Positions 39,976 to 53,130 are shown, counted from the first letter of the whole stretch. The stretch is DNA of 63,321 nucleotides, filler included, from Choristocarpus tenellus KU-1152 (GCA_964200185.2; 11 parts of 11 records of this genome joined end to end with filler, not necessarily neighbours in it); one strand, 5' to 3'. The notes: generated by a model from the sequence alone, not told the origin. Numbers and translations: made by a program.

Positions 39976-40557
39976 GTATCATATCAACAAGGAACAAATG
40001 AGTAGCCTATGTTTTAACAGATCCTACTACCACAATCCACTTTTCAAATGGTGCAGCGGAGTGAACCATCATCCAGCTGGCCATGAAACACAGATGCTGG
40101 TTGGGGGATTAACCCTACCTGACTCTCTGCCAGCTGGTGGGCCTCTGAGGTGGGAGACCTACTATACCAACACTTCACTCAAGATGCAGGAGAAAACTGA
40201 CCTGGAGACATCGACTGCGTGGATCCTTTGAATCGCACAACTCATCCTCAGGGGGCCAACTCATGTTCCTCTGGGCTGTGGGTTAAGTCATTACTCGCAA
40301 CTCTCCCATAAGCAGTACAGTAGTACCAGTCACAGATAGATATTGGCGCCCACACAAGCAGGCCACCACCACTCAGTGCTTGACTATCTGGGTGTGACGT
40401 ACGAGAAGCGACCAATTGTTGGGGTAAGGGTCGGGAGGTCGGAAAGGTTACTCAACACTTTGATGAACTCAATCACTCAACGGTTTCGTTTTTGAAAATG
40501 TAACACGTCAAGATTGGGTCCTAAGCCCTCAACTTGTAAAACACAATATGTCCTGAA

Positions 40558-40821
40558 GAGTGAAAGTATCTTAGAGGGTACGAGTTTTTCCCTGTTTGTC
40601 CATTATTTGGGGCTTGACTTCCCTCGGGTTTCTTTATGACATTTTCCTACTGCTCCAAAATATTTCAGAGTAGGAAAATAAATACGTTACGAAAAGGTGT
40701 GTCCGCAACAAGGATATTGACACTTCCCAACAAACCCGATAGCCAATATTATATCAAAATCGCAACATTGGATTTTGGCCCCCAAATGGACGCGCCTCTA
40801 CCCTCTAAGATACTTTGGCTC
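40558..40821 (+). mobile_element. MITE-A full length; TSD TGAA
   Basis: GAGTGAAAGTATCTTAGAGGGTA..TACCCTCTAAGATACTTTGGCTC with TGAA on both flanks. Confidence 0.96.
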
Positions 40822-42034
40822 TGAACTCTCCATTTAAAACCACGAGGTGTCCCCTTAACTCTCAATTTCTATGTATATACATGATCATATATCCTAACCG
40901 AAATTCCTATTATATCATAGGCTTTACGATGTAGGTACGCAACATCACCTAATGTTAAACTTACCTTGAAAGTACTCACAACGACCAGCATAGACGTATT
41001 GATGTATGAAGTAAAGATGACAATATTGTGAACAGAGGATTTGGCAGCCCTCCACCATATTGTAGGATAAAACTTTTGTGTTTGTTGTTTATCTATCTTG
41101 ATCGTCTGCCAATAAAATTTGTTGGGCTTACATACTGCGTACGTACTTACAACTACTGTCCCCTATCAAAGAGTACGTACATTCTATAGTGGAAGTGCTG
41201 CAGAGAAAAAAGATCATTGATAATAAAAATATAAGAAATGTCTAGGTATTACGATATATATTGCGTTTGGTTTGGTCAAGGATTTGGATTATTCAGGGCC
41301 AGTTCCCTGAATGAGAGACAAGAATCCATGAAAATGGACCCTCGCGCTTGTACCACCACAACTACTAACAACTAAGGGAAACCGTAACTCGGCACGTGCC
41401 ATAACTCCGCCATAAACAGACCACATAAATATATTCATACATGTATTTATAAGCCAAAATCAGTTCTTCAGCCAAGGGCAAACTAGGCTAAGACTTGGCT
41501 GGGCAACAAGGTTTTTGCTACCAACAACTTGCTACTCACTTCTTCCTTTCGAACCTTGAACTCCAGGGTGGGATCTATTCCTTCAAACCTATACCCACCA
41601 ACTATGTATACATTTCCATTACCATTTACTGCAACAGTATTCGCCTTCAACGTTACGACTTAAGCCGTCCACACATACATGATTCCAGTCACTTCATCTG
41701 GCCAACGAAACTCGGCTTGCCACTCGATACTCATTGACATACTCTCTCATTACAATTTTTCTCGTGAATTTCATCTCTCTCACGAAATTATTCTGAATGA
41801 GCGACCAGGGCGGCTGAAATGAAAAACAAGCTACGTGCCCCAGACCCACACTACCGACGGTAATTGGTACCATTACCAACCTTAAACCTCAACCAATCAA
41901 AGCTTCAGACACAGCAAGAGACGTATTTATACTTCACAAAGACCCAGGTTAGTCACTTTGGAAAGGTTTCATCATGCGTCCTTTGCAAGCGCACATTGCA
42001 AGTACCGGCTTCACATATACAAAATTACTCAAAT

Positions 42035-43088
42035 TCAGGGCTAACCCTAGCCCAAGTCGTAGCCATAGTCGTAGCTGAAGCTCTAGCCGCACCTCTAGCC
42101 ATAGGTCCAGTTGTAGATCGAGGCCTGACCTCGAGCTCATCTATCGAATCGAACCCACACTACAGGAAAACTGCAGGGATACTGATACTGGTACTGTAGG
42201 GATACTGCATCTAAGAATTGAAGACCACTAATAATAGTACTTTACCTGTGTGTAGTTGTAGCACACACAAGAGAATCCTACACATCCATACAGTATGCTG
42301 TTATTGCGCCAGTCAAGCTCCTTCACCTAGTAGACGTTTTCAAGCTGACACCAGACCCATCCACAGAACGACGATTATCGTCTCAACTGCCCAGTCTAAT
42401 CTCCGTTCATGCCCATTTGGTGCAGAGATAATTCATTCGTGGGTGACAACAGCAGCCCTAAGAACCGGCTGGTAGCAGTACTAATCATCCCCATAGCTAC
42501 GCTGACCCCCCCCCCAACTGGTCCGGTTAGGGACACCCCACCCTGAGGTCGCCTCTCCCTCCTGTGCCACAGCTAGCTAGGAATATTTTTTTGTTACACC
42601 TGCGATCTCTCGTTCGACCTGCTCGTCATCACACAGCTCACAAAACAGGCGAAGAGGGGGATGGTCGTTGTTGGGGGGGGAGGGTAACAACGGCAACCAA
42701 CCACTACTCAAATACACAAGCATACGTTGGTGACGTTTACTGAACTGTATTACTCAAGTATGGTGTGTTGTCATCTCCATACATTCCTACATACATGCAG
42801 AAGGTACTGAGGGAGATTTTTTTTTGTTATTGCTTCAGGTGGTAACGCGAATAGTACATGAAGGACCAAATGCAATCAACTGGATGGATGCCGTCTATAT
42901 AACATTTCTCATAATCAGGACTAACCGTAGCCCAAACCCTAGCCGTAGCTCCGGTCGTAGCTTCAGTGGTAGCTCTAGACCTGAGCTGGAGCTCGTCAAT
43001 CGAATGAAAGCAACATTGCAGGGAAACTCCAGGGATACTGATACAGATACAGATACGGATACAGATATTGATAATGATATTGATACAT
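42035..43088 (+). repeat. two diverged direct copies (42035-42197 and 42915-43088) of an exon-like module
   Basis: translate to Ser/Arg tract plus RPDLELIYRIEPTLQENCRDTDT versus RPELELVNRMKATLQGNSRDTDT. Confidence 0.75.
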
Positions 43089-43342
43089 GGTCCAAGTACA
43101 CGTGAAGATAGCATGGCAAGAAACTTGGTATTTTTTCAAATACCTCATTTACTGTGGGAGCTCATAATACAGGTGTGTTAGACAATACATGTACTGTTTT
43201 TGAGTACGATTTGAGAAAGGTGCAGCTGTAGTTAGAGTGAATAGTGCACAAAACAAAATATTGTGAGTGTACTCCTGAGGTGGAGACGATTGGCAACCGT
43301 TTGTTTCTATTTTTTGTTGCTCTGGGATTAAAACTGTATTCT

Positions 43343-43375
43343 TACCTACCTACCTACCTACCTACCTACCTACCT
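43343..43375 (+). repeat. (TACC)n microsatellite
   Basis: direct reading. Confidence 0.95.
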
Positions 43376-43972
43376 AGCCAGGTACCCAAGGATGTCAATG
43401 ATGATATTTACATATATTTTAGGTGTGCTCTGGAGTCATGTGTCTATGGATCACGGAGTTTAGCAAGTAGGAATTTTCACTGGACTGGAGAAAGTCACCA
43501 TACCATGCCGATAGCCTTGGTAAGGTGTGTTTATCAGAACAATTCCTGGGTCATCAGAGATTTAGAACCGGATGGGCAGCAGGTTGGCGTTGGTGAAGAA
43601 TCTTTTAACAGAGCTGGTCTAGTGCTGTCTCATATTTTAACCAGTCTGGTCTGGGTTACAGGCTAGCCCTGGTGAAACTTGGTTTAATGGTGTGTGTCAG
43701 AGAGATTGTAACAGAACCAGTCCGTAGGCTTGCCTGTGGCCCCGGTCCTGTGAGGTGCTCTGGTTAACTGCCAATTCTATGAAAAGTCCTTAACTGCCTG
43801 CTGTTGGATTAAAAAAGACTTGTTGTAGTCTATACCTGAACACGTGAGGATTTTTTAAAATATTTTTTGTGTGTTTTGAAGGAAGAAATTCAGTCTTGGT
43901 ACAGGTATAATCACTCCTATTTTGTGGTTCAAATGATCAAAATTGGACATTTGTCATTCTCTTGCCCCCCCC

Positions 43973-44072
43973 NNNNNNNNNNNNNNNNNNNNNNNNNNNN
44001 NNNNNNNNNNNNNNNNTTAATTAATTAANNNNNNNNNNNNNNNNNNNNNNNNNNNNNNNNNNNNNNNNNNNN
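43973..44072. other. artificial contig linker
   Basis: same 100-bp cassette. Confidence 0.99.
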
Positions 44073-44141
44073 TTTCTTGGTGTTGGTCCAAAATGGACAC
44101 TTTGGTGAAGTTCCCCCCCCCCCCCCCTGATACCTTGGGTC
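44073..44141 (+). mobile_element. MITE-B right part (cut by gap)
   Basis: GGTCCAAAATGGACAC..C(n)TGATACCTTGGGTC. Confidence 0.75.
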
Positions 44142-45988
44142 ACTTCTCTCTTGTAGAGTTTTCCCAGTTGGTGCGACAGTGTGGTACTGTCTCATAACTT
44201 ACATAGCCCAAATTTCTTATCTATGTATAAATTTCGCACATGGTTAGGCAGGTGAGGGTAACAGTGCCTGATTAACAAGATACCCCATCAGCTACTGACT
44301 ATAGATGATAAAATACACATCTCAATGCGCCTCTAGCTTTTAGGAGGGAACAAATTGCAAATAGAGATGTTATCGTGGCAGGATAGAGCATGGGTACCAG
44401 CAAAGTGCAAAGGCAACCCACGATAGCAAGAAGTAGAATTGTATTGGTACTGGTAAACCAAAAGTGTTGCTCTGCAACCTACACCAAGTCAAGGGCAGGG
44501 ATAGTGAACAAAGTCATGTTTCTCTTACACACTACGTCAAGATATTATGGTACTCCTATATTAGTAAGTCAGAAATCCTACATCGGTTATTACCTCATTG
44601 GTATTATAGTATTACAAATATATATTGACACACTGGACGATGTCTAGTTATGCTTATTTTCAGGGAATACACTTATCCCAAGTTCAATATGCATCAGGTA
44701 ACTCTCTAAATATATTTTAACCAAACGAAATATGAGACAGAACGTCAGCATCGATTTCACAAATAAGAAGAGCAAACTTGAGACTCTTTTCAAAATCCTG
44801 AAGAAAATATGGCTTGCACTCAACTGTAGGACCAAGATGTGTAGCTGATTGCCTCTTGCTCAATAGAACAATAGTCCCCAACACTCATGATAATAAAGTA
44901 TGATATTGAATTATCTCAGGAGAAAAAAATTCTCCTCCATGGCTTCATCCATCCATCCAAACATCCGTCCTCAGGTTCACAAGTACCTCAAGTTTGTGAG
45001 GTCAAAGCGAAATATTGCCCTACAGGCCATGGAAGGAGATTTTGATGACATCAAGAATGACAGGTAAATTGTTTTCCTAAGCTTTATGGTATTCCCAATA
45101 CTGACTGAGTTTGCACCATTGGAGGCGTTCTAAACTGCTCTCGAAGAATGCCACAACCTCTGCAGTGTCATATGACAGTACTTGGTCATCCACTACAGTT
45201 AAATTGGAGACTTGAGGTCGTCAATGTGGGGTGTAAGCTGGTGTCAGAAGTTAACTTGGCTAGTAAATTCATAGTAAGATACATAACATTGTTCCAGTTG
45301 ATCCTTGGCCGTCTCCACAATGGACAAATTGATCATGATCCCATAGATGGTCTAACAAATAATATAACAACATACTTACTTGCCAACAATCTGTATTCTG
45401 ACTGAGAGAGAAAGGCATGGTAGGAGTGCAGATGTGTGGTGAGGTTCTTGCCTCCATTCCACTGACCCGTTTGTCGATGTTCCAACATATTTTTCTTCAT
45501 GATGGTACGTTTTGACTACTAGATCGGGGTGTTGAATGACATTCACAAAGTCCACTCAGCAGTGTGTTGCTATTGCTAGCAGTCATGAATGCATCTAGGT
45601 CATGTTTAACGGTCCGGGTCCTCCTCTTCCTGTCCATCAGGACCTATGTCTCTTAGGATGGATAGAACTTCACCTTACTTGAAGTCAAGCTCCATGCAAT
45701 GCGTTTTGTTGTTTTTAAATTTTTTAACAATATCCCTCTCAAATGCTGATGTCAAATGCTGTAGATTGAGGTGGTAGAAGTGCTGCAATCCAGTGACGAA
45801 TGGTAGAGAAATTCAAGTGTCAGGCCTCCCACCTTGAGATTATCCTGAGGATACGGTGTGATCTTCGAAAATATTTCTTTGACTCGAACTGCTTTGTTGT
45901 TTCCAGAGCTGTGACCTTAATTGCAGGGTGAACTCAATCACTAGCTCCTGCAGAGGTACATCTCAAACGGAATGGAGATTCACTCAGA

Positions 45989-46247
45989 GAGTGAAGGTAT
46001 CTCAGAGGGTACGAGTTTTGCCCCGTTTGTTCATTTGGGGCTTGACTTCCCTCGAGGTTATTGTGACATTTTACCTACTCCAAAAGATTTCGGAGTAGGT
46101 AAAAGGTACATGTTATGACAAGGTGTGTCCGGAACGAGGATATTGACACTTCCCAACAAATCTGATAGCCAAAATTACATCGAAATCGCAACATTGGATT
46201 TTGGCCCCCAAATGGACACAGCTCTACCCTCTAAGATACTTTGGCTC
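45989..46247 (+). mobile_element. MITE-A full length; TSD AGA
   Basis: both TIRs and hairpin. Confidence 0.95.
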
Positions 46248-46555
46248 AGACGATGCAGTGGATCTTGCCATTCAAATTTCAACCTTTTCTTATCCCAGGT
46301 ACCACAGTAGCTCTAACTGATAAAAAAACTTCCCCTCAATGCGACTGGAGAATCTTCATAAAATGCAATCACAATTTGCTCTTCCAGATGCCGCAACCCT
46401 AAGTTCACAGCACCAACCCCAACGTTATCATACTGTCAAGGCTCCATGAGGACATGTACAGCCAAGAAGATGTCGAGAGTATACTCGAGAGCCTCAGGGG
46501 AGTTGTACTGGCAAACCTTCGGCAAGAGGTGATAGTGGAAGATTCCTCCTTCCTT

Positions 46556-46814
46556 GAGTGAAAGTATCTTAGAGGGTACAAGTTTTGCCATGTTTGTCCA
46601 TTTGGGGCTTGGCTTCTGATGGGGCTTTTTATGACATTTTCCTACTCCCAAATATTTCGGAGGAGGTAAAATGTGTATGTTATGGAAGGTGTGTCCGGAA
46701 CAAGGATGTTGACACTTCCTAACAAACATGATAGCCAAAATTTACATCAAAATGGCAACATTGGATTGTGACCCCCAAATGGACGCGGCTCTACCCTCTA
46801 AGATACTTTAGCTC
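46556..46814 (+). mobile_element. MITE-A full length; TSD CTT
   Basis: both TIRs and hairpin. Confidence 0.95.
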
Positions 46815-48252
46815 CTTTTTCTTGGTGGTCTGATCAATAGCCAACGATTTATTCAAGGCACAGCGATTTGATAGCATATATATGTCCTTTCTAGTCCTTG
46901 ATATATCACCTATGCTTGATCCAGCTTCATGAGATATGCAAGGATTCAGTTTTTCAATATTGGTCCGGCATTGCAATGAACAGAGTTCAATGGTCTCGAT
47001 TAAACATACCACTAGTTTGAGATGATATCTTCTGGAACTATACATTGTGGTATCCATCTACAATGTACCCTTCAATTAATTGAACTCAGGTCGGTAAGCC
47101 TGGTTCCGCTTAACCTTAAAACGGAAAAGGCACACAGGTCAATGGTGGGTTGAAAGTAGTCAGTTTATTAGCAAATGTAACCGACCCAGTCTGTTGCAAG
47201 ACAGAGAAGAATGAGTTCGAAATTGGCAAGGCTGACAACAAAATTAATATAGAAGGGACAGTATATCCAGTACTTACATCTTTCAGCTGTAGGACTGATT
47301 TTACTACACAATAACACTAGAAAGCACCATGCCATCAGGTTTCAGTTGCATGCACCACAGATATCCCAGGAAGTAGATGCTGAGGTAAATTCCTGGTTAC
47401 TTATCCCTGTTGCCTTTTCACATAATTAGGGCTGACGTTTCTTCCGCGAAGACACATGCACACACACACACACATATATATATTCAATATGTGGACTTAG
47501 GCTTGATCTGTGGAGCAAACCTAAGCCACCCCCCTATACATCAATCAACCCATGACGTTGAAGGCATCTTAAACATACAAATTGAAAGTATCCTGTGACC
47601 TAAGATACAGTTGCTCACATTATGCTCTCCCATTGTTCGTATATCATTTCAACATCCTCCAGTTAGGGAAACTCTTCCATTAGTGGTTTTCAACGCGCGG
47701 CCGTCAGCTTTGAACCCTCCATGCCCCCTTCCAAATAGTGACTGAGGGAATTATCCCAAATCCCTGTCTTCTGGACGCCCCCCCCCCCTCTGTTTCTCTT
47801 GGTGCAAAGGTTGGGGCAGTAGTGAATATGAGCGCCCTCCTGCTCAAACAGCTACTGGAGGGGGCAGAGGAACAAGGTGCTTCGCTGGAGTTTGATACGA
47901 GCACTGTGGAGGACAGAGGTGGGACTGGGTTAGTTGAAGTAGTCGAGATCAGGGGTAAATAGGCTTAGGTATATTGTCGTCCATGTGAAGATTTGGACTG
48001 GAAGAAAGAGGGATGAGACTGCTCTGTATAGGGGACTCAGGAAATAATTTGCAATGTGGTCAGTGCATTTGTTGAGGAGGGCATTGTTGGGTTGTACTAC
48101 TTAGTACCATGTTGTTATATGTCATGGCTGGGATGAAGGTTCTCGCCATTTCATAGGAGACACTTGTACTGTGTCATTTGAACCAAAGAAAGCTAGGTTG
48201 AAATATTTTCTAAGCAAAGACATCTCATATCTCCAGTCCGGATTTCAGTGAA

Positions 48253-48509
48253 GAGCCAAAGTATCTTAGAGGGTAGAGCCGCGTCCATTTGGGGGCCATA
48301 ATCCAGTTTTCCATTTCGATGTAATTTTGACTATCGTGTTTGTTAGGAAGTGCCAACATCCTTGTTCCGGACACACCTTTCATAACATACACATTTTACC
48401 TACTCCGAAATATTTGGGAGTAGAAAAATGTAATAAAAAAAAATATTGTAAGCCGAGCTCCAAATGAACAAACAGGGCAAGACTCGTACCCTCTAAGATA
48501 CTTTCACTC
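48253..48509 (-). mobile_element. MITE-A full length; TSD TGAA
   Basis: both TIRs with TGAA on both flanks. Confidence 0.96.
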
Positions 48510-49150
48510 TGAAGCTAAGGCGATTTTGCAACCCTACATTCAGTTGACCCTACATACAGTTGGCGCTTTCACTCCTTGGTGACTCGATGGAGCAAAAGAT
48601 TCTCTAGCCTTCCCATCTGTTACTCCCTCAATGCGATTCAACACCTGCAACCACGAAAATAAATTCTGAAAGGAAGAGATACTACAGCACGAATCCCAGC
48701 AACACCCCATACAACGTCGAATATTTCAACCAGAATGCAAGCATAAGCTCCAACTCCAATTCAGACTGAACCCAGCTGTGATCCTTCTAATTTAGTCCCT
48801 CCTCTGAATCCCAACCTGTTTTTAGTTTGTGCTCAATAACTACATTCACCGCCTACCTGAAGGTCAAGAATCCTGTCTCCAATACGTCCACACTGACGTG
48901 TTTAACCCCCTTGCGAATGAAATGGTGGAACTAATGCAACTATCCACGCTTGAGATCAATGAGTACCAAATAACCTGAAAGTAGCGTTGCCCAAGCAACT
49001 AAACGGGCCTCAATAAATGGTCCTAGCCCTGATCCAAATTGAATCCAAACTTTCTTTTTGAGTTATTGTTGCAAGGGCAGTCACCTCCACAGGTTGCCAT
49101 CCTGCTGAACAAGTCGGGAAATCCTAGTTAGAAGTATTGTAGACATTGCC
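48510..49150 (-). mobile_element. decayed Copia RNase H-like relic
   Basis: LSGYLVLI..KGVKHVSVDVLETGF remnants; many stops. Confidence 0.3.
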
Positions 49151-51062
49151 TTATTCCCAGGGACAGTCCGCGATGAAAACCTGCATGCAAAGATCAAAAA
49201 CGCAGTCTTACAATAAAATATGCACTTGTTTACCAATGATTATCCAGCTGTGCTAGAGGAGGTTGAGCGTATCCGTCTTGATGGAAGCATTAAGAAAAGG
49301 GGTGGACAAACGTCTCGCCTTGTGAGTCTCAAGGATGAGCAGGCACGACTGGCGGAGGAGAACGCTCGACTTCGGACTGACAACAATATCTTGCAGGAAA
49401 GTCTCTTTCAGACCCAAGGTGACAGGAGGTTGAGACCACAGTAACGATCGAATAGAGACAATGTTTTCATGTTGAATTCACAGCCATTCTGAAGGAGCGA
49501 CATCAAGCACACACAGACAGCAATGTGCAGGGAGAAATTCTGGGTAGGTGATAGTGCCAGGTTTGATTGTTTTAGTGAGGTTTCAGTTTGTAGGAATGCT
49601 TCATGTTCCTCATATATTCTTGAGGTTGGGAGTGGAAGAATGTCTATGTATCCAGTTATTCTGGTTTGACAGTGTTGCCCCCCCCATCACCCTTATTCCC
49701 CTTGCTTTCCTTTCATCTTTCCTTGCCCAGTAGAAATGCACGTATGATACACTTTATACAATTTTTTGTTCATGCTGAACTCTTCCAGGTGATTTGTCTT
49801 CCCTTGACAACGTAATAATGCTTTTTGAGAAAAGGCTGATTAGAGTACAGTCCTGGTGAAGTTCAGCATGTTCGAAACGAAGCAAGACGTTCAGTAGCTC
49901 AACCCTAGTCCATGTTGAAAATCTTGCTTTGCTTGATCTTTGACCTCAACCCTAATTGACTGTTTGTTAACTACTCCTTGAACAAGATTCTCCATTTCCT
50001 CCCACAAATAGTTTTCGTAAACTTTCACGACATACTCATATACTTCGAAACTTTCTATTTTCTTTCTGGAATAATTTCCCTTCGTACTACAGGAACGCTT
50101 CTCAAAGTTGCAGAGGGAGAGCTCCATCATCCTGCAGCAGCGAAGTGAGCAGCAGAAGGAGTTGGAAAATCTTCAGCAACAGCTCAGGTCTGAAATTGGG
50201 GTCCAGCGTGTATGAGTTCATGGTTGCACGCGATCAATTAGTAATTGAGGCACCTTTGCGATCATAAGATGAGCAAGGAATTCTCATATCCAGAATCGCG
50301 GCAAGGCATGTGCATAGTTGGATTCTCATACAAAAATAGGAAAGCTGACCTTCACTTCTCTTTCCTATCGATTGCTCTATCGCTATGTTGTGTACCCATA
50401 CCTCAAGATCTTCACCAATAAAATCTCCCACCCGAAACCTCAACATGATTTTGTTGGACTCTGTATGATATGGTGTCAGGTTCAAAGCCGATAGAAAGAC
50501 ACTGGACAACGTTAAAGGAGTCTGTGATGACAAGGGAGGGAGTGAAGCGATAAGTTTGCAACAAAAAATCGCTGACCTCAAGGTTTGGAGCGGATTCTTG
50601 GACTTAATGGAGGATTTGAAGAAGGGGCCAGGAAAAGGCCGATGGTTGTGCCTGTGGTATATCAGCGGGAAATGTGAAGTTTGTGGTTGTGATACGCTCC
50701 AACTCGTTAGCCCTATTATTATTCGTTTTCCCGCCAGGATCGCCTGCAGGATGCTGAAGAGGCCGCAGTGAGAAGGGTCGATGACTCCCCACAGTTCCGG
50801 CAGCTTAGAAAGATTCTTACTTCGAAAAGCGACCAGGTGGGATGACCCAAGGTTGCAGTTTGAGATTGTCAACTAGACGCACAAGGTTAGGTTTAGGCTT
50901 GGCCGGGATGGCATGCCATCAAAATCCTTTGCGAGAAATATGGGTGCAATAACATTGACAGATCCTCCTTCTCTGATGGCATTGTTATTGACCAGGACAA
51001 GACACTGTGGTACAAGCAGATCACATGTTATCTTAAGGGCAGTAAGAATGTCTGGCAGTAAA

Positions 51063-51150
51063 GAGTCAAAGTATCTTAGAGGGTAGAGCTGCGTCCATTT
51101 AGGAGCCAAAATCCAATATTGCGATTTCGATGTAATTTTGGCCAGCATGT
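51063..51150 (-). mobile_element. MITE-A arm interrupted by MITE-B
   Basis: GAGTCAAAGTATCTTAGAGGGTA..GTAATTTTGGCCAGCATGT, then MITE-B begins. Confidence 0.9.
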
Positions 51151-51328
51151 GGCTCAAAGTATCTGGAGGGTGGTGGTGGCTGTCCACTTGGGGCCCATGT
51201 TTCATTTCACGGTTTTTGGGTGAATTTGGTTGCATGAGTCGGATGGATAATGTAAGTGTACTTCTCGTGGTTAGGGTCCGAATGGACACCCTTGTGTATC
51301 CTCCCCCCCCCCCCCCCCCCCCCCCCCA
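51151..51328 (+). mobile_element. MITE-B nested in MITE-A (right terminus lost at poly-C near gap)
   Basis: GGCTCAAAGTATCTGG..GTCCGAATGGACACCC. Confidence 0.88.
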
Positions 51329-51347
51329 CCGCATACAAATTCTCCTC

Positions 51348-51447
51348 NNNNNNNNNNNNNNNNNNNNNNNNNNNNNNNNNNNNNNNNNNNNTTAATTAAT
51401 TAANNNNNNNNNNNNNNNNNNNNNNNNNNNNNNNNNNNNNNNNNNNN
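51348..51447. other. artificial contig linker
   Basis: same 100-bp cassette. Confidence 0.99.
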
Positions 51448-52316
51448 CAAAAATTGAAAATACACGTTCTACCAGCGTACGAGCAATTGTTATGGCCTCT
51501 TTATTTGGAATATGGCTCAGCACAACAAAACGAGTGAGGTGATCAATGGCAGACAACACATACGAGCACATGACACCATTTGCTGCTGGGGAACGTGTTT
51601 TGTACTCTACCAAATCAATAGCAACACGTTGAAATGGTCTGTCAACGGGCATATGACCAGTAGGAAGCGTAGGCTTCTTATGAGCAGAACCAAAGTATCT
51701 TAGAGGGTAGAGCCGCGTCCATTTGGGGGTCAAAATCCAATGTTGCAATTTGATGTAATTTTAGCTATCCTGTTTGTTAGCAAGTGTCAATATCCTTGTT
51801 TCGGACACGCCTTTCACAACGTATAAATTTTACCTACTCGGAAAAAATTCGGAGTAGGAAAATGTCATAAAAAACCCCCATGAGAAGCCAAGCCCCAAAT
51901 GGACAGACAGGGCAAATCTCGTACCCTCTAAGATACTTTCACTCAGCAGTCTTACGTGTTTGGCATGCTTGACAATCACGACACCATGTACGAGTGTCGA
52001 TATTGAATGTTGGCCACCAATACGAGTCTCTAACCTTATCGAACGTGTGTTTGAAACCTAAGTGACCTCCAGACAATGCATGATCGTGACAAGCATGGAG
52101 TACCAGACGGACTAACGAGTGAGGAACGACCAACTGGTCTCTAAACGTTCTCCTCTTACGGAGATGGCCTGGTAAATACGAGCGATATAGTAAGCCATTA
52201 CGAAGGAAAAAATACGACATAGACGTCGTCGATTCCTTATGTGGCAGTGGGGCGACATTGGGGGACTGCAAATACCTGAAATATGGTCCGAACTCGGACT
52301 CCTGCTCCTTGCGCAA
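51448..52316 (-). pseudogene. Gypsy integrase (HHCC and rve), interrupted by MITE-A
   Basis: removing 51687-51944 plus one AGCA restores CQTRKTAHKKPTLP in frame. Confidence 0.92.
51687..51944 (-). mobile_element. MITE-A full length; TSD AGCA
   Basis: both TIRs; excision restores the integrase frame. Confidence 0.97.
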
Positions 52317-52392
52317 TTGCTCCTGTCCACTGAAGGAAACACGGTAGTGGAACTAGTAAATAGCTCACGATCACGATACGAATCCCTTCAGA

Positions 52393-53130
52393 CTAGAAAA
52401 TGTGACCAAGGTAACGTACTTCTTTGGGTTCAAACTGGATCTTTGACGGTTTCAAAGGTATACCCGCTGCTTGTAACGCTTTGAACTGCTGTTCTAGTAA
52501 GTGTATATGTCCTTGCCATGTGGGAGAACAAGCAATCAGATCATCCATGTAAACTAGCAACCCACTCAATGGACCAAAAATTGCAAAGGCTAACGACATG
52601 ATTCTTTGAAATTGTCAAGGGGCATTTGATATCCCAAAGGGCATCCTCTTAAAAACGTATTTGCCTCTGGACGTGACAAAAGCGGTTTTATCAATGTCAT
52701 CCTCAGCAACAGGAATCTGCCAATATGCACTCTGAATATCACAAACGGTGATAAATTTTGCACCCCCAACAGTATCAATATGAGACTCTATATCAGGCAT
52801 AGGCCAAGACTGTCGAACAAGGTGTTTGTTAACAGTTGACCTATAGTCTACACAGAATCGTGGGGAGCCATCAGATTTGGCCACAATAGTAACAGGACTA
52901 CCCCAAGGGCTGGCATGTTTTTCGAAAATGCCTTCCTCTTCCATAGTATTAACACACGAGTCAATTACTTGTTGAGTGCGGGTTTTTGCTTGGTAAGGGT
53001 TCCTGTCAACAGGTTTGGTAGTAGGCTCTATAGGAATTTCAGCTTCAGCTAGGGCACATCTGCCTAATTCTGCTGTATTCAACGAAAATACCGATCTATA
53101 ACGAGCACAGAGGTCTAAAAGTTGAGACAC
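52393..53130 (-). pseudogene. Gypsy reverse transcriptase
   Basis: RFCVDYR, DIQSAYWQ, RMPFGISNAP*, VYMDDLI, YLGH; one in-frame stop. Confidence 0.95.

Larger units (their letters stand above)
45740..47057 (-). mobile_element. heavily decayed Copia RT C-terminus and RNase H relic, split by two MITE-A copies
   Basis: ordered remnants ISRTRKDI, IWKSKL..GEVFLSV, DNLKVGGLTLEF. Confidence 0.45.

Noticed and set aside
44640-45660. possible Sola1-like transposase relic on the minus strand
   Set aside because: Only faint motif resemblance, with no readable catalytic motif.
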